64,000 bases of DNA from Octopus sinensis. Its lineage: Eukaryota. Both the position numbers and the translations under genes were made by a program. This document shows positions 13,349 to 25,820 of the stretch, piece after piece. Position 1 is the stretch's first letter. Each line of letters opens with the position of its first letter. The notes under the pieces are model-generated. The model saw nothing but the letters and a program-made list of their open reading frames with translations, did not search any database and had not been told where the DNA came from. The stretch lies in contig NC_042999.1 of NCBI RefSeq assembly GCF_006345805.1, positions 24,428,001-24,492,000 of the forward strand, in the 5' to 3' direction.

Positions 13349-14235
13349 TTAAAGGGCTAAAAAACCACTAGGTGGTCAGCCGTATGCTAGAAGTAAATCA
13401 CCTACGATCAAACTACTAAATATACACGTGTTAGAATTTTCTCTGATTTTTCAGATTTTTGTATGCTAGGCTACTGGTTTTAAATTGATATTAATTAAAT
13501 TAATATTCAATTTATCTACCTCATAATTTAAATATATATATATATATATATTTTACTGTTTTGTTCTCATTGTTCTGTCTTTTACTGATTTTACTTTTTT
13601 ATTGTTCTCACTGTCCTGTTCTTGTTAACACTTTTACCCTCTGCAAAAAATCACAAATTTTATTTAATTTGCTTTGCGGGAAGGACTGTTTCAATGAAGT
13701 CGCGTCTTGCCTTTACCTTTGAAACGTGGAGTAGATGAAACAGGGGACAACTGAAGAAGGGAAATATTCTTTATGTTGTACGTCTCGTTTCTCTGTTTGT
13801 TTGTTTTCGTTGTTTGAAAGAAAGTTTGTTTCTATGTTTTTGTTTTTTCGTTTCTCATTGTGTTCAACGTTTTATTGATGTCCTGTACCCATATATGCAT
13901 GTATATATACATATACTTGTAGATATGTATATATGCATATATTTATATATTATTTATATGTGTGTGTGTGTAGAGTGTTAGGTGTGATGTACAGAAATGA
14001 ATATTGAGAAAAAGAATTTTTTTTATATTAGCGCTTTCATTAGTCTTTCAAACTTACCAAATATAATTGTGAGCATACTGATATCTTGCTTATTTATATA
14101 AAACAGATGTTTTTGGGGGGATTTTGTTTATAAGAGAACATTGTTTTTTTTGGGGGGGGAGGGGTTGAGGCTTTGAAGACAATGGATGGATAAATAAATA
14201 GATAGATAGATAGACAGACAAACAGCCAAATAGAC

Positions 14236-14286
<51 letters not shown>

Positions 14287-14616
14287 TAGAGAGAGAGACA
14301 GACAGATAGATAGATAGATAGAGAGACAGATAGATAGAGAGACAGACAGACAGACAGACAGATAGATAGATAGATAGATAGATAGAGATTGAGAGAGAGA
14401 GAGAGAAAGATGGGCAGGGTAAAAGAGGGAGAGAAGGGCTATTCATTTTCCTATCCACCACTTTCATTTGTATTGAAAAGGTCTTTTTAAGGATTGTCAA
14501 AAAAAATAAATAGATAAAAGTAAAAACTTGTTTACTACTTGCACCATTGCTTTGAAATGGTTTTTAAGGGAAGAAAGAAAGAAAAGAAAAAGAAAAAAGA
14601 AAGAAAAAATAGAGAA

Positions 14617-15182
14617 TCTCTTATTATAAAAGGCAGATTTTAGCTGCCTCCCTTTGGGAGTTATACAAATCTACAATATAGCATTTCTTCAATTACAATT
14701 TACCTGGCATTTTTAAGAGTACAATGCATCGCGTCATGCCAGGTCCAGTTTTTAAAATTTAAACTCCAATTAAGCAAAATTTACAGAAAACTCACATTCT
14801 GGTGTGTGTGTCAAATGCTTTTCTTAGTCTGGTTTACACCACACGCAAACGCACACACACAGTGTGCAACCAATAAAGTGAAACTAGATGTAATATTTGT
14901 TTCTCTCTATCACGCTGATAGATACATGAGTAAAATGTATGGGAAGCTAACACATAAGAGTGAGTGAAAATGTTCTTGGAAGAGAGTAAATAGCCAGAGA
15001 TAGTGATTTGAGGTACATTAAATAACCGTAGTGGCTTGTGTTAGTAATAAAGTAAACATACACTCATACATACATACATACATACATACACATACACACA
15101 CACATACATACATACACACACATATACATACATACACACATACATACATACATATACATACATCTATATACATACATACATA

Positions 15183-15213
<31 letters not shown>

Positions 15214-16561
15214 TATTGAAGCTTGAGAACTATCAGATACATTTGCAACACATCTGTTGAAAATATTATTGTTCACACACATACATATACATATATACAT
15301 ACAGACAGACAGACAGACAGACAGATAGACACACACACACACACACATGATCCAGCATGGCCACAACCTCAAGGCTGAAACATATAAAAGAATAACAGAA
15401 TATAAATGTGTGCATGTGTGTGAGAGAGAGAGTGTGTGTGTATATGTATGTATGTATGTATGTATATATATATAATAATGCGGTTTTTTCAACAGCTTGA
15501 ACTAAAAGTCAGAGGGGAATGGGATAAACTACTTATATTAACTTGTTATAAAAGCAGATAGTAATTTTATCTTGTCCTTATTCATAGTGCAAGTTTTGAA
15601 GAGTGCATTTCGATTTTAACAGCTATTTTTTTCAAAGCTATATTGGAACAGCCTAGAAGACGAGCCTCATCCTGAAAGATCTGTAGAACTCGACAAGGAC
15701 ATCCTGAAAACCCTGGTGGAACAAAATCTCATCGTAACTGTTGAGGAACTAGCAGAGAAGCTTGGATTTGGTCATTCAACCATTCATTGACACCTGTGTG
15801 CTATCGGAAAAGTCAGCAAATTGGGTCAATGGGTTCCTCACGAACTTTCCGAGTCTAATTGCATGCAGAGAGTGAATGTATGCTTTTCTTTGCTGTCACA
15901 TCTCACCACTACTGCGCTATGTATATCTATATATATAAAACTGTAGTTGTGTGAGTGTCTGTCCCCTTCGACTTAGATTCCTAACTACTCCCACATTTTG
16001 CGGTGCAGTTTAACCAAATTCGGGTAGCTTATAGTCGTGATTCATATCGAGCCCGTCTGAGTATTAGCGCGCGTCTACGATGAGTCTACGATTTAAAAAT
16101 AATTTAACATCATTTTTTATTCCATTTTTAATGCATAATTTTTCGTGTGTCGATGGCGGCGGAGTTGGCGTCCACGCTCACACCTGCACCTGTGGGGAAG
16201 GGAGTGTAAGGAAATCAACGTCGTAATGCGTTGTCAAGGAGACCAGCGTTCTTTTAGAACAACGACTTCATGGCTTGAAGACACCAAAACAGAAATGGCT
16301 AAGAAAGCGTCTACATGAGTCTACGATTTAAAAAAAATTTACCATCGTTTTTTTTCCATTTTAATGCATTTTTTCGCTATTATATAAGGGAAGTAACTCT
16401 CTAAAAATGTCTACGATGAGTCAACGATTTTTCAAAAAATTTACCATCATATTTTTTCCATTTTTAATGCATTTTTTGCTATTTTTTGGCTATAACTCTC
16501 TAAAAATGCTTATATAGTTATTTCCCTTACAAACCCGAGCAACGCCGGGCGATACTGCTAG
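14617..16561 (+). mobile_element. Chimeric non-autonomous Helitron (family B 5' end, captured filler, family A 3' end), copy 1
   Basis: A|TC start, CTAG|T end with hairpin, no TSD; contains a mariner HTH fragment (~15610-15910) and an internal TC start at 15926. Confidence 0.85.
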
Positions 16562-16986
16562 TGTAGTATAAATCATATCACCAGCATAATTACAATGGCC
16601 AATACAATTAAGAGAGATTTAATTACAACTATAATCAATAGAAGCTAATTACAACTGTGCACAGATGGCTTCAGAAATCAGCAAAACAAGCATTCAATAT
16701 ACCAGTTCTGTCACCATGGTGATCATAACCAATTGTGGCATAAGGACAGCAGTCTTGAGGGGAGAGGGAGTTGATTATATTGATCCCAGTTCTTGACTAA
16801 TGTTTATTTCATTCACCCTGAAAGGATAAAAGCCAAATTCAACCTCAGCAACATGTGAACTCAGAATGTATAAAGAAGTGATGTTGTCCAATGTGGTACA
16901 GACTCTGCCAGCATGCTGCCTTTTCCATGGTAATATATATCATAGTTAGTTATTATACAAACTTTTGAGTTATTGAGTTAACTTAC

Positions 16987-17243
16987 CTTTAGTCTAAGCT
17001 CTTTTTCCTGGACAACATCTTTCACAATGTGAATGGCACAAAGCAAAAAGCTAAGGATGAGAATAAAAGGAAATTGGTTCTGTAAGACCAAAACCATAGG
17101 ATCATTGTTGTAGGGTGGAAATGGTTGCCGATTCAGTTCCACTGTAGTTCGATTGAAAAAATCTTCACCAGAAGCATTGAGATAAGTTATTATAGCTTCA
17201 GTAAGTTTATACTGGAGATAAAAGAAACCAGTGTCACTATAAC
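16987..17243 (-). CDS. Single exon of an ABCA-subfamily (ABCA3-like) transporter: end of ECD1 and TM2 (GYSDTGFFYLQ...QPFPPYNNDPMVLVLQNQFPFILILSF...KDVVQEKELRLK)
   Basis: ttttacag acceptor, GTAAGT donor, 257 nt open frame; G-F--LQ, PxPPY--D and VxEKExRLK are ABCA hallmarks. No other exon found. Confidence 0.8.
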
Positions 17244-18079
17244 CTGTAAAAATAATTATTAGAAATAAATTCTTAAAAATTTCAAAAGATTGGAATAATT
17301 ATAAGAACAATAAATTTCAAAAAGTTAAATAATTTTTGAGAAGCTACCTTCAGTGCACGATAATGTATATCAAGGATGCAAAAAAATTAGCTATTCAAAA
17401 TAAAAGGGTTACTGCTTCAACAAACACTTACACACGATAACACTTCAAATTACTTCATACATGGAAACACATAGCTTAGATGTTTTAGAGTGTTGCACTC
17501 CTGATTATAAAATTGTGGTTTCAATTCTTGGACCAAACATTTTGTTGTGTTCTTCAGCAAAACAGTTCATTTCACATTGCTCCAGTCCACTCAGTTGGTA
17601 AATGCAGAATCCGAGGAACCAGCCTTATGACTCTGTTGCTCAGGAAAGATATTTGGTCCTCTTGCTTTTTTTTATGACTTCATGCTAACCAACAAAGAGA
17701 GACTCTACAAGCCAACACAGGGGCCTTTCTTTGACAAACCAATGAAGGAGTCTCCACTAAGCTTCTACAAAGCCAACAATGGAGCATCAACGTAATCTAT
17801 GAGCAATTCAACCTGTTAGAAATAGTAACCAACCAAATCTCCCTCACAACCACCTCCACTATTTTAGAGGAGGACACATTGAATGATGTGACCCTGAGTC
17901 CAGTGGACCCCGAGTCCATTGGTCCCTGCCAAAAAGACAATAGGGTAATGTTAGGAATGTCTTTCATCATAGCTAAATCAGAGTTTAGCTCGGTTAAACA
18001 ACAGTAAATCAACATCAGAGCATACTCAGAAATCAGATTTGATTGAGGTTTATCACTGAATATTAACACTTTTTTATTA

Positions 18080-18345
18080 TCTCTTATTATAAAAGGCAGA
18101 TTTTATCTGCCTCCCTTTGGGAGTTATAGAAATCTACAATATAGGATTTCTTCAATTACAATTTACCTAGCATTTTTAAGAGTACAATGCATCGCGTCAT
18201 GCCAGGTCCAGTTTTTAAAATTTAAACTCCAATTAAGCAAAATTTACAGAAAACTCACATTCTGGTGTGTGTGTCAAATGCTTTTCTTAGTCTGGTTTAC
18301 ACCACACGCAAACGCACACACACAGTGGGCAACGAATAAAATGAA
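18080..18345 (+). mobile_element. Helitron family B 5' portion
   Basis: A|TCTCTTATTATAAAAGGCAG, matching the composite 5' end. Confidence 0.75.
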
Positions 18346-18590
18346 AGTAATTCACTTACTGTAGTGAGTGATTCTTTCACTCTGCCTCCCACTTCCTCTT
18401 TCCACACATAGACACGCAAATATATAAATAAAATTGTAAGCTAACGTGCGTGTGTGTGAGTGTGTGTGTGTGTGTGTGTGTGCGCGTGTGTGTGTGTGTG
18501 TGAGGGTGCGTGTGTGTGTGCGTGTGCGTGAGTGTGTGACAGGAAAGTTTTTTACGAGGAATATAAGACCTATATCCAAGTAGCAGAAAG

Positions 18591-18845
18591 ATAAGACAGT
18601 AAGGTGTGATTTGAGGGAGATTTGGCTGCTATTTCTACCATGTCTAGCTGTCATGTAGGGGTCTCCCTCATAGGCTCATATATACATAGATAAGACAGTA
18701 AGGTGTGATTTGGGGGAAATTTGGCTGCTATTTCTACCAGGTCTAGCTACCATGTAGAGGTCCCCCTCGTTGGCTCATATATATATACATACATAAGACA
18801 GTAAGGTGTGATTTGAGGGAGATTTGGCTGCTGTTTCTACCAGGT
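18591..18845. repeat. ~2.5 copies of a ~100-bp unit (ataagacagtaaggtgtgatttg...)
   Basis: Units start at 18591, 18690 and 18793. Confidence 0.8.
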
Positions 18846-19211
18846 CTGTTAGGCCTTCTCATGTAAACTCAAGCTTTCTCATGCCTTGAACATAAGACCA
18901 AAGCAGAGAATGTATTCTTTTATTCTTCTGCTTTTTCCAGCCATTGGTCTGTGGCCATGCTGGGGCAATGCCTTGAAGAATTGTAGTTTAATGAATCAAC
19001 TCCAGTTTTATTTTTGTAAGCATTGTACTTATTCTATCTGTTTCCTTTGTCAAACCACTAGGTGACAGGGATGTAAACAAACCAACATTCGTTGTCAAGC
19101 AGTGGTGGAGGACAATCACAAGCACAGACACGCACACACACACACATACATGCATACACATATACACACATACATACATACATACATATATATATATATG
19201 TGTATATATAT

Positions 19212-19530
19212 ATTGCAGCGTGGAAGGTGTTTGTAAGCCATTTAAGAAACACACAAAAACCGTTACATTCACTTCAACATTTAAATTTAATTTGCCAAAA
19301 TATTTTCGTCGCTTTGAGACCGCGACCTGTTCACTGACAAAAATATCGTGCTAACAGGTCGCGGTCTCAAAGCGACGAAAATATTTTGACAAATTAAATT
19401 TAAATGTTGAAGTGAATCTAACGGTTTTTGTGTGTTTCTTAAATGGCTTATAAACACCTTCAACGCTGCAACTGTTTTCGTTCCAGCACACGATCTCAGA
19501 TCAAGTCACTTGCTATGCAAGTACATTTCT
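19212..19530. mobile_element. Penelope-like inverted-repeat remnant (~120-bp arms); relatives at 44738-44905 and 56682-56853
   Basis: Near-perfect hairpin 19212-19331 / 19354-19472; hammerhead variant. Confidence 0.6.
19291..19341 (-). ncRNA. Variant minimal hammerhead motif (G3-C8 core)
   Basis: TTTGTCA-GTGAACA-G-GTCGC(ggtctcaaa)GCGAC-GAAA-ATATT-T-TGGCAAA; 7-bp stem I, 5-bp stem II, palindromic stem III. Confidence 0.65.
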
Positions 19531-19633
19531 GTAACTATATATATATTTATATATATATATATATGTATATTGGTAAAAACAGTAAGATAACAAAAGAAAG
19601 AAAGAGACCTCAATATTATGTAAATAGAGGAAA

Positions 19634-20017
19634 TCTTTATATATAAAAGTGAGGTTGTGTGTCTGTCTCCTACGATTTAGATTCCTAACTACTCCCACAT
19701 TTTGTGGTGCAGTTTAACCAAAACCGGGTATCTTATAGTCGTGATTCATATCGAGACCGTCTGGGTATTAGCGCGCGTCTACGATTTAAAAAAAAATTTA
19801 CCATCAATTTTTCCCATTTTTAATCCATTTTTGACATATATAAGGGAAGTAACTCTCTAAAATTTATTATTAAATCTCAGAACGTAAAAAGCTACAGTAA
19901 CACCCCTCCCCCTTTGTGGTTAGCCATATTGAGATGGCTATTATACTTTACATCTCTAAAAATGCTTATATAATTATTTCCCTTACAAACCCGAGCAACG
20001 CCGGGCGATACTGCTAG
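19634..20017 (+). mobile_element. Complete non-autonomous Helitron family A
   Basis: A|TC...hairpin CTAG|T. Confidence 0.9.
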
Positions 20018-20039
20018 TAAGAAATAAAAAATAATTTTA

Positions 20040-20860
20040 AACTGTTTTCCTGTCCTTTCTGTGTTAGTGTGTATGAAAATACACTCTTCCTCCTTGACTC
20101 CTTGCTCACAAGTAACCAGTGGCTATTGTTCTTTTTCCTCTTGCTCCACAAGAGATAAGACCTACTTTTGCCTGTCACTAGTCACAGCCCCTTTCTCCAG
20201 CTTTCACCACTTCACATCCTTATGGCTTAACAGCCCTCACCTTTTGTTTTTACTGTTTTGTTCTTACTTTTCCCTTTATGTTACAAGTCTGTAGTTTCTC
20301 CTTCTCATCAAATTTCTCATTTCAGGTGTCCCTAAATCTCTGACCATATAAAAGATCCTTAAGCTTCCAGATTGGTCTACTTCTAGGCAACATTCTGGCC
20401 TGAAGTCTAAAGTCACTGATGACTAGTCTATAGTGGAGTACATTCTTCACCCAGGAAGGTCTTTGCATTTATGGATGACCATTGTCTGGTGAGAATGTAA
20501 TCAACCTGGCTAGCATGGTCACCCGATTGATGGGTTATCAGGTGACTGGCTGGTTTACTGAAGTAGGTGTAACTTCATTAAGTTATTTGCATCGCAGAAC
20601 TCCAGTAGCCTTGTTCCCTCTTTGTTTCAGGGACCAATTCCTTCCCTGACCCCCATGTACTTCACAGAGAGTACCTGGCTGCTGCCCAACATGTCCATTG
20701 AAATCACCAGCCATAAAGATGAGATTATTGTCATTTCTCTTTGGATAACCTGCAGAAGGTTATCGTAAAAGCGGTTCTTCTGTTCATTTGGTAACCCTGC
20801 CTGGGGCACATAGGCAAAGATAATTGTTGCTGTATGATTCTGCAAATAGTATACATATCT
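20040..20860 (-). mobile_element. Degenerate RTE-type LINE fragment (AP endonuclease region)
   Basis: ATIIFAYVPQAGLPNEQKNRFYD remnant. Confidence 0.65.
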
Positions 20861-21806
20861 TTGTATATATATTGATAGTATGAGGCTATAGCAGAAGGCA
20901 CTTGCCCAAGATGCTACGCAGTGGGACTGAACACGGAACCATGTGGTTGGTAAGCAAGCTACCTACCACACAGCCACTCCTGCGCCTATGCACTCTTATT
21001 TCTAAACTTATTTATGAGTAATAGAGCCAGACCAATGAGAGTTAGTCATTAAAAAAAAAACTATATAGTGAAAATTTACAAAAAAAAACAAAAGATCAAA
21101 AGACGAATGTGTAAAGAACAAACAGATGTATTAATTTAATGCTTGGGAAGTGAGGAAGTCTTTTACAATACAGATATTGTACAGATATAGACTTTACTAG
21201 GTTTACTTACTGGAATTCAGCTATCAATGTAAAACAGGAGTCTTCTCAAAAAGTGGTAGGAAGTCACTTTGCTTATTCAAATAAATCGCTACTGTTGTTG
21301 TTTAACCCCAAGGTGTCCCAGCAGGTCCTGTTTTTTTTTTGCTTATCCAAACATAAAATATCTAAGATTATGTCCTTCTTTCTTTTAGATACTAGGCTGT
21401 GATTTAAGTAAAATTTGGCCATTTTCTTAGTGACGTAATCACATCATTGGCTCTGTTATTGATGACAAGCTTTTCAAGTATTCTATATCCAACTGATGAA
21501 CTTCATAGGTTGCAGGTTTCTGATGGACCAGTCAGTAGTTCACTGCATTTCTTATGAGAAGCATGATCAGGGATTATCTGTAACTATATGCTTATCAAAT
21601 ATTTCAAGGAACTTCGTTAACAAAGTATTGGTTTTGAAGTTTCCTTGCCAATATTCATCTCCATTGAGGTGATGAGCTGACAGAATTGTTAGTGGTTAGT
21701 GTGCTGAGCAAAATGCTTGGCAGTATTTTGTCTGTTTTTACGTTGAGTTCAAATGCTGCCAAGGTTGACTTTACCTTTCGTTTTGGAGGTTGATAAAATA
21801 AATACC

Positions 21807-22222
21807 TATTTCTTTATTGCCCACAAGGGGCTAAACACAGAGAGGACAAACAAGGACAGACAAACGGATTAAGTCGATTATATCAACCCCAGTGCATAAC
21901 TGGTACTTATTTAATCGACCCCGAAAGGATGAAAGGCAAAGTCGACCTCGGCGGAATTTGAACTCAGAACGTAACGGCAGATGAAATACGTATTTCTTTA
22001 TTACCCACAAGGGGCTAAACACAGAGAGGACAAACAAGGACAGACAAACGAATTAAGTTGATTATATCGATCCCAGTGTGTAACTGGTACTTATTTAATC
22101 GCCCCCGAAAGGATGAAAGGCAAAGTCGACCTCGGCGGAATTTGAACTCAGAACGTAATGGCAGACGAAATACGGCTACGCATTTCGCCCGGTATGCTAA
22201 CGTTTCTGCCAGCTCGCCGCCT
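21807..22222 (-). mobile_element. Two tandem SINE family A copies
   Basis: Matches the other copies. Confidence 0.85.
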
Positions 22223-22695
22223 AAATACCAGCTGAGTACTGGGGTCATTGAAATCAACTTACCTGCTCACTTGAAATTACTGGCATTATGCCAGAATTCA
22301 AAACCAATATTTATATCCGTACACTGACATACATTTATATCAATATATGAGAAGTTCCTGGCTTTGGCTAAAAGGAAATACAGGAGGATCAGTTAATTAT
22401 GATTTTATGCAACATATTTCCCCTCCCAGATTCACACACTTATTGCAGCAGTCCTTCAGTTTTTCTAAGGCCTGTAAAAGAACTCGGAAGGTTAGACTTT
22501 CAACCAGGCCTTTTGCAATACTCTTAAAGCCTGGAACTTTTTAACACCTACTTACATGTGTGTGTGTTTCATAAGCTTCCTCATAGTTTCTATCTACCAA
22601 ATTGCTCTTAAATTGCTGTACTAGAAGATACTTCCCAAAGGAAGGTACTGAACATTAGGATCAAACCTGGAACCATGTATTTGTGAACCAAATAA

Positions 22696-23065
22696 GGGGA
22701 GGCTCAATGGCCCAGTGGTTAGGGCAGCGGACTTGTGGTCGTAGGATCACGGTTTCGATTCCCAGACCGGGCGTTGTGAGTGTTTATTGAGCGAAAACAC
22801 CTAAAGCTCCACGAGGCTCCGGCAGGGATGGTGGTGATCTCTTTCACCACAACTTTCTCTCGCTCTTACTTCCTGTTTCTGTTGTACCTGTATTTCAAAG
22901 GGGTCGGCCTTGTCACTCTCTGTGTCACGCTGAATATCCCCGAGAACTACGTTAAGGGTACACGTGTCTGTGGAGTGCTCAGCCACTTACACGTTAATTT
23001 CACGAGCAGGCTGTTCTGTTGATCGGATCAACCGGAACCCTCGTCGTCGTAACCGACGGAGTGCT
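22696..23065 (+). mobile_element. tRNA-derived SINE family C (~370 bp)
   Basis: tggcccagtggttagg A-box, ggtttcgattccc B-box; three near-identical copies. Confidence 0.9.
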
Positions 23066-23144
23066 AAAGAGAAGAACCAAATAACCATGCCAGCATTCAT
23101 TTACTCTGTTTAATACAATGATGCCTTCTGCTTGTCTTTTCTAG

Positions 23145-23248
23145 CACATCACTCTTTCCTTTAATGAATACACACGTGACAACACAATGTTTAATCCTCT
23201 TCGCTCAAAACGTCCTCTCCAGAAACCGAATCAACCACAAAGAGAATA
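23145..23248 (+). CDS. GalT/HIT-like gene exon 4 (HITLSFNEYTRDNTMFNPLRSKRP...)
   Basis: ttttctag acceptor, GTGAGT donor, phase 0 to 2; FNPLRxKRP motif. Confidence 0.88.
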
Positions 23249-24111
23249 GTGAGTATCTACAGAGAATTGTTTTGCTTGTCATCATCATCATTATCATTAT
23301 TATGGTGGGGAGTTGGCTGAAACATTAGCATGTTGGACAAAATGATTAGCCACATTTCATCTGTCTATATGTTCTGAGTTCAAATTCCACTCAGGGCTTT
23401 GCTTTTCACCCTTTCAGGGTTGATAAAATAAGTACCAATTGAACTCTGGGGTCAAAGTAAACTATTTACCCTCTCCCCCAAAATTGCTGGCCTTGTGCTA
23501 AAATTTGAAATCATCATTATTATTATTATTATTATTACTACTACTACTACTACTACTACTACAGTGTAGAGCTGGCAGGATCATTAGCATGCTGAGCAAA
23601 ATGTTTAACAGCATTTTGTCTATACATTCTAAGTTCAAATTCCTGCTGTGGTCAACTTTAATTTTCATCTTTCTGGGGTTGATGAAATGAAGTACTAGGC
23701 AAATACTGGAGTCATATCAACTAAAGACTCCTCCTAAAAAAACTGTTGGCCTTGTATCTAAGTCAGAAGCAATTATTATTATTATTATTATTATATTATT
23801 ATTATTATTATTATTATTAATGAGAGATGATACAGTGTTATTCAGGATTTGATTGCATTCCTTTACATTAAGTTTTAATTCTGTATGGAGTCTGATTTGC
23901 TTTTTATTCATCTGGGGGAATTAAATCAATTACACTACTCATTCCTTTGTGACATTTTGAGAGTTTGTTAAAGTGTCAGAAACAGTAGAGTGACTGACTA
24001 AATATGTCTTGCAATGTTTTGTTAGGTCTCTTTATGTTTGTTCTGAGTTCAATTTACAGTAAAGAAAAAAATTATTTTTTATTTCTTTTGTTTTTTTTTT
24101 CCCCTCTGCAG

Positions 24112-24168
24112 TGTGGAAAAATTATCTGAGAAGACTGGTCAAAACTGTGACTTTTGTAAATATTCAAA
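24112..24168 (+). CDS. GalT/HIT-like gene exon 5 (VEKLSEKTGQNCDFCKYS), CxxC motif
   Basis: ctctgcag acceptor, GTAAGA donor, phase 2 to 2. Confidence 0.88.
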
Positions 24169-24448
24169 GTAAGAAAATGTCTTCAAAATTATTTTCAGAT
24201 ATTTTTGTTTTGTTTTTGTAGTTTTTTTTTTTGTTGTTTATTTGTTTTGTTCTTTTGTTATTTTTGTTCTTTTCATTTTTTTCCTTATATATGTCTGGTG
24301 TAGTGGAAATGGTTGTATCAGTAAAGCGTCAAACCAAATGCTTTATCTCTCAATACCTTCAGTTTAAAATCCACTATAGATAATGAATCAAGGACTAGGA
24401 AATATATACCAACATGGCTACAGCCTTGGAGCTAAAATGCTTAAAAGA

Positions 24449-24482
<34 letters not shown>

Positions 24483-25240
24483 TATATATATGTTTGCATG
24501 TATGTAATGCATCTCTCTATATATAAACAGCAAAATGTCTGTCTGTGTGTGTATCCTTTATACAAATCTACAATTTTTCAGTTAGAGGGCTCGCACTTTC
24601 TATGGTCACTCAAAACCGTCCAAGGGTGGTCGTGCACATCTTTACATTTCCCCAGTCACCCCACAAAGCCATTAAAAAATCAATAGAAGTGACTGTTTTG
24701 TGAATTTTCTATCCAAAACCCAATCAAAATGCCCGAAACTTGATACACCAATTGAATGCCAGCTAGCTGTATGTGATTGGTCGGAGATTTGGACAGTACT
24801 CGCGTGTATGTGCTCACGCACGCAGCTGTATATGCATGCACTAATACTATATATATATAAAATGTATGTATGTAATGTATATATGCATGTAATGTACGTA
24901 TGAATACATATATACACACTCTCAACCACTCACTCACTCACCCACTGATACACTCTACAAAATACCTTATCAAGAGAGATAGGAAAATTTTCATTGCTGA
25001 GTAAGATATCTACCACATGGTTGTTCTTTAGTCTCATTTCAGCCCTGACTAAGCAGAACTATGATCAAAGATATTCCAACCTTGACCATTCCATCTTTTT
25101 TTTTTTTTTTTGTATATCTAGGCCTACATAGTCCAATATGTCCAGCCCGTTTTAAAATTGTAGGATATGATTTGAGGGTGATCTAGCATCTCCTGCTAGA
25201 CAGGTTGAGTGAGTATGTAGTCTCTGTCATTGTCTCATTA

Positions 25241-25711
25241 TCTCTTATTATAAAAGGCAGATTTTATCTGCCTCCCTTTGGGAGTTATACAAATCTACAA
25301 TATAGCATTTCTTCAATTACAATTTACCTAGCAGTTTTAAGAGTACAATGCATCGCGTCATGCCAGGTCCAGTTTTTAAAATTTAAACTCCAATTAAGCA
25401 AAATTTACAGAAAACTCACGTTCTGGTGTGTGTGTCAAATGCTTTTCTTAGTCTGGTTTACACCACACGCAAACGCACACACACAGTGGGCAACGAATAA
25501 AGTGAAACTAGATGTAATATTTGTTTCTCTCTATCACGCTGATAGATACATGAGTAAAATGTATGGGAAGCTAACACATAAGTGTGAGTGAAAATGTTCT
25601 TGGAAGAGAGTAAATAGCCAGAGATAGTGATTTGAGGAAGACTTGACTTTACATTAAATAACCGTAGTGGCTTGTGTTAGTAATAAAGTAAACATACACT
25701 CATACATACAT

Positions 25712-25742
<31 letters not shown>

Positions 25743-25787
25743 TACATACATACACACACACATACATACACACATACATACATACAT

Positions 25788-25820
<33 letters not shown>

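Noticed and set aside
13745-13790. CTGAAGA-agg-GAAATATTC hammerhead-like string
   Set aside because: No stem II and only a 2-bp stem I
17797-18069. 90-aa ORF next to the ABCA exon
   Set aside because: No ABCA motifs in any frame and no compatible splice sites
22696-22770. tRNA-like sequence (and other A/B-box heads)
   Set aside because: Runs on into a dispersed 370-bp SINE body; not a stand-alone tRNA gene
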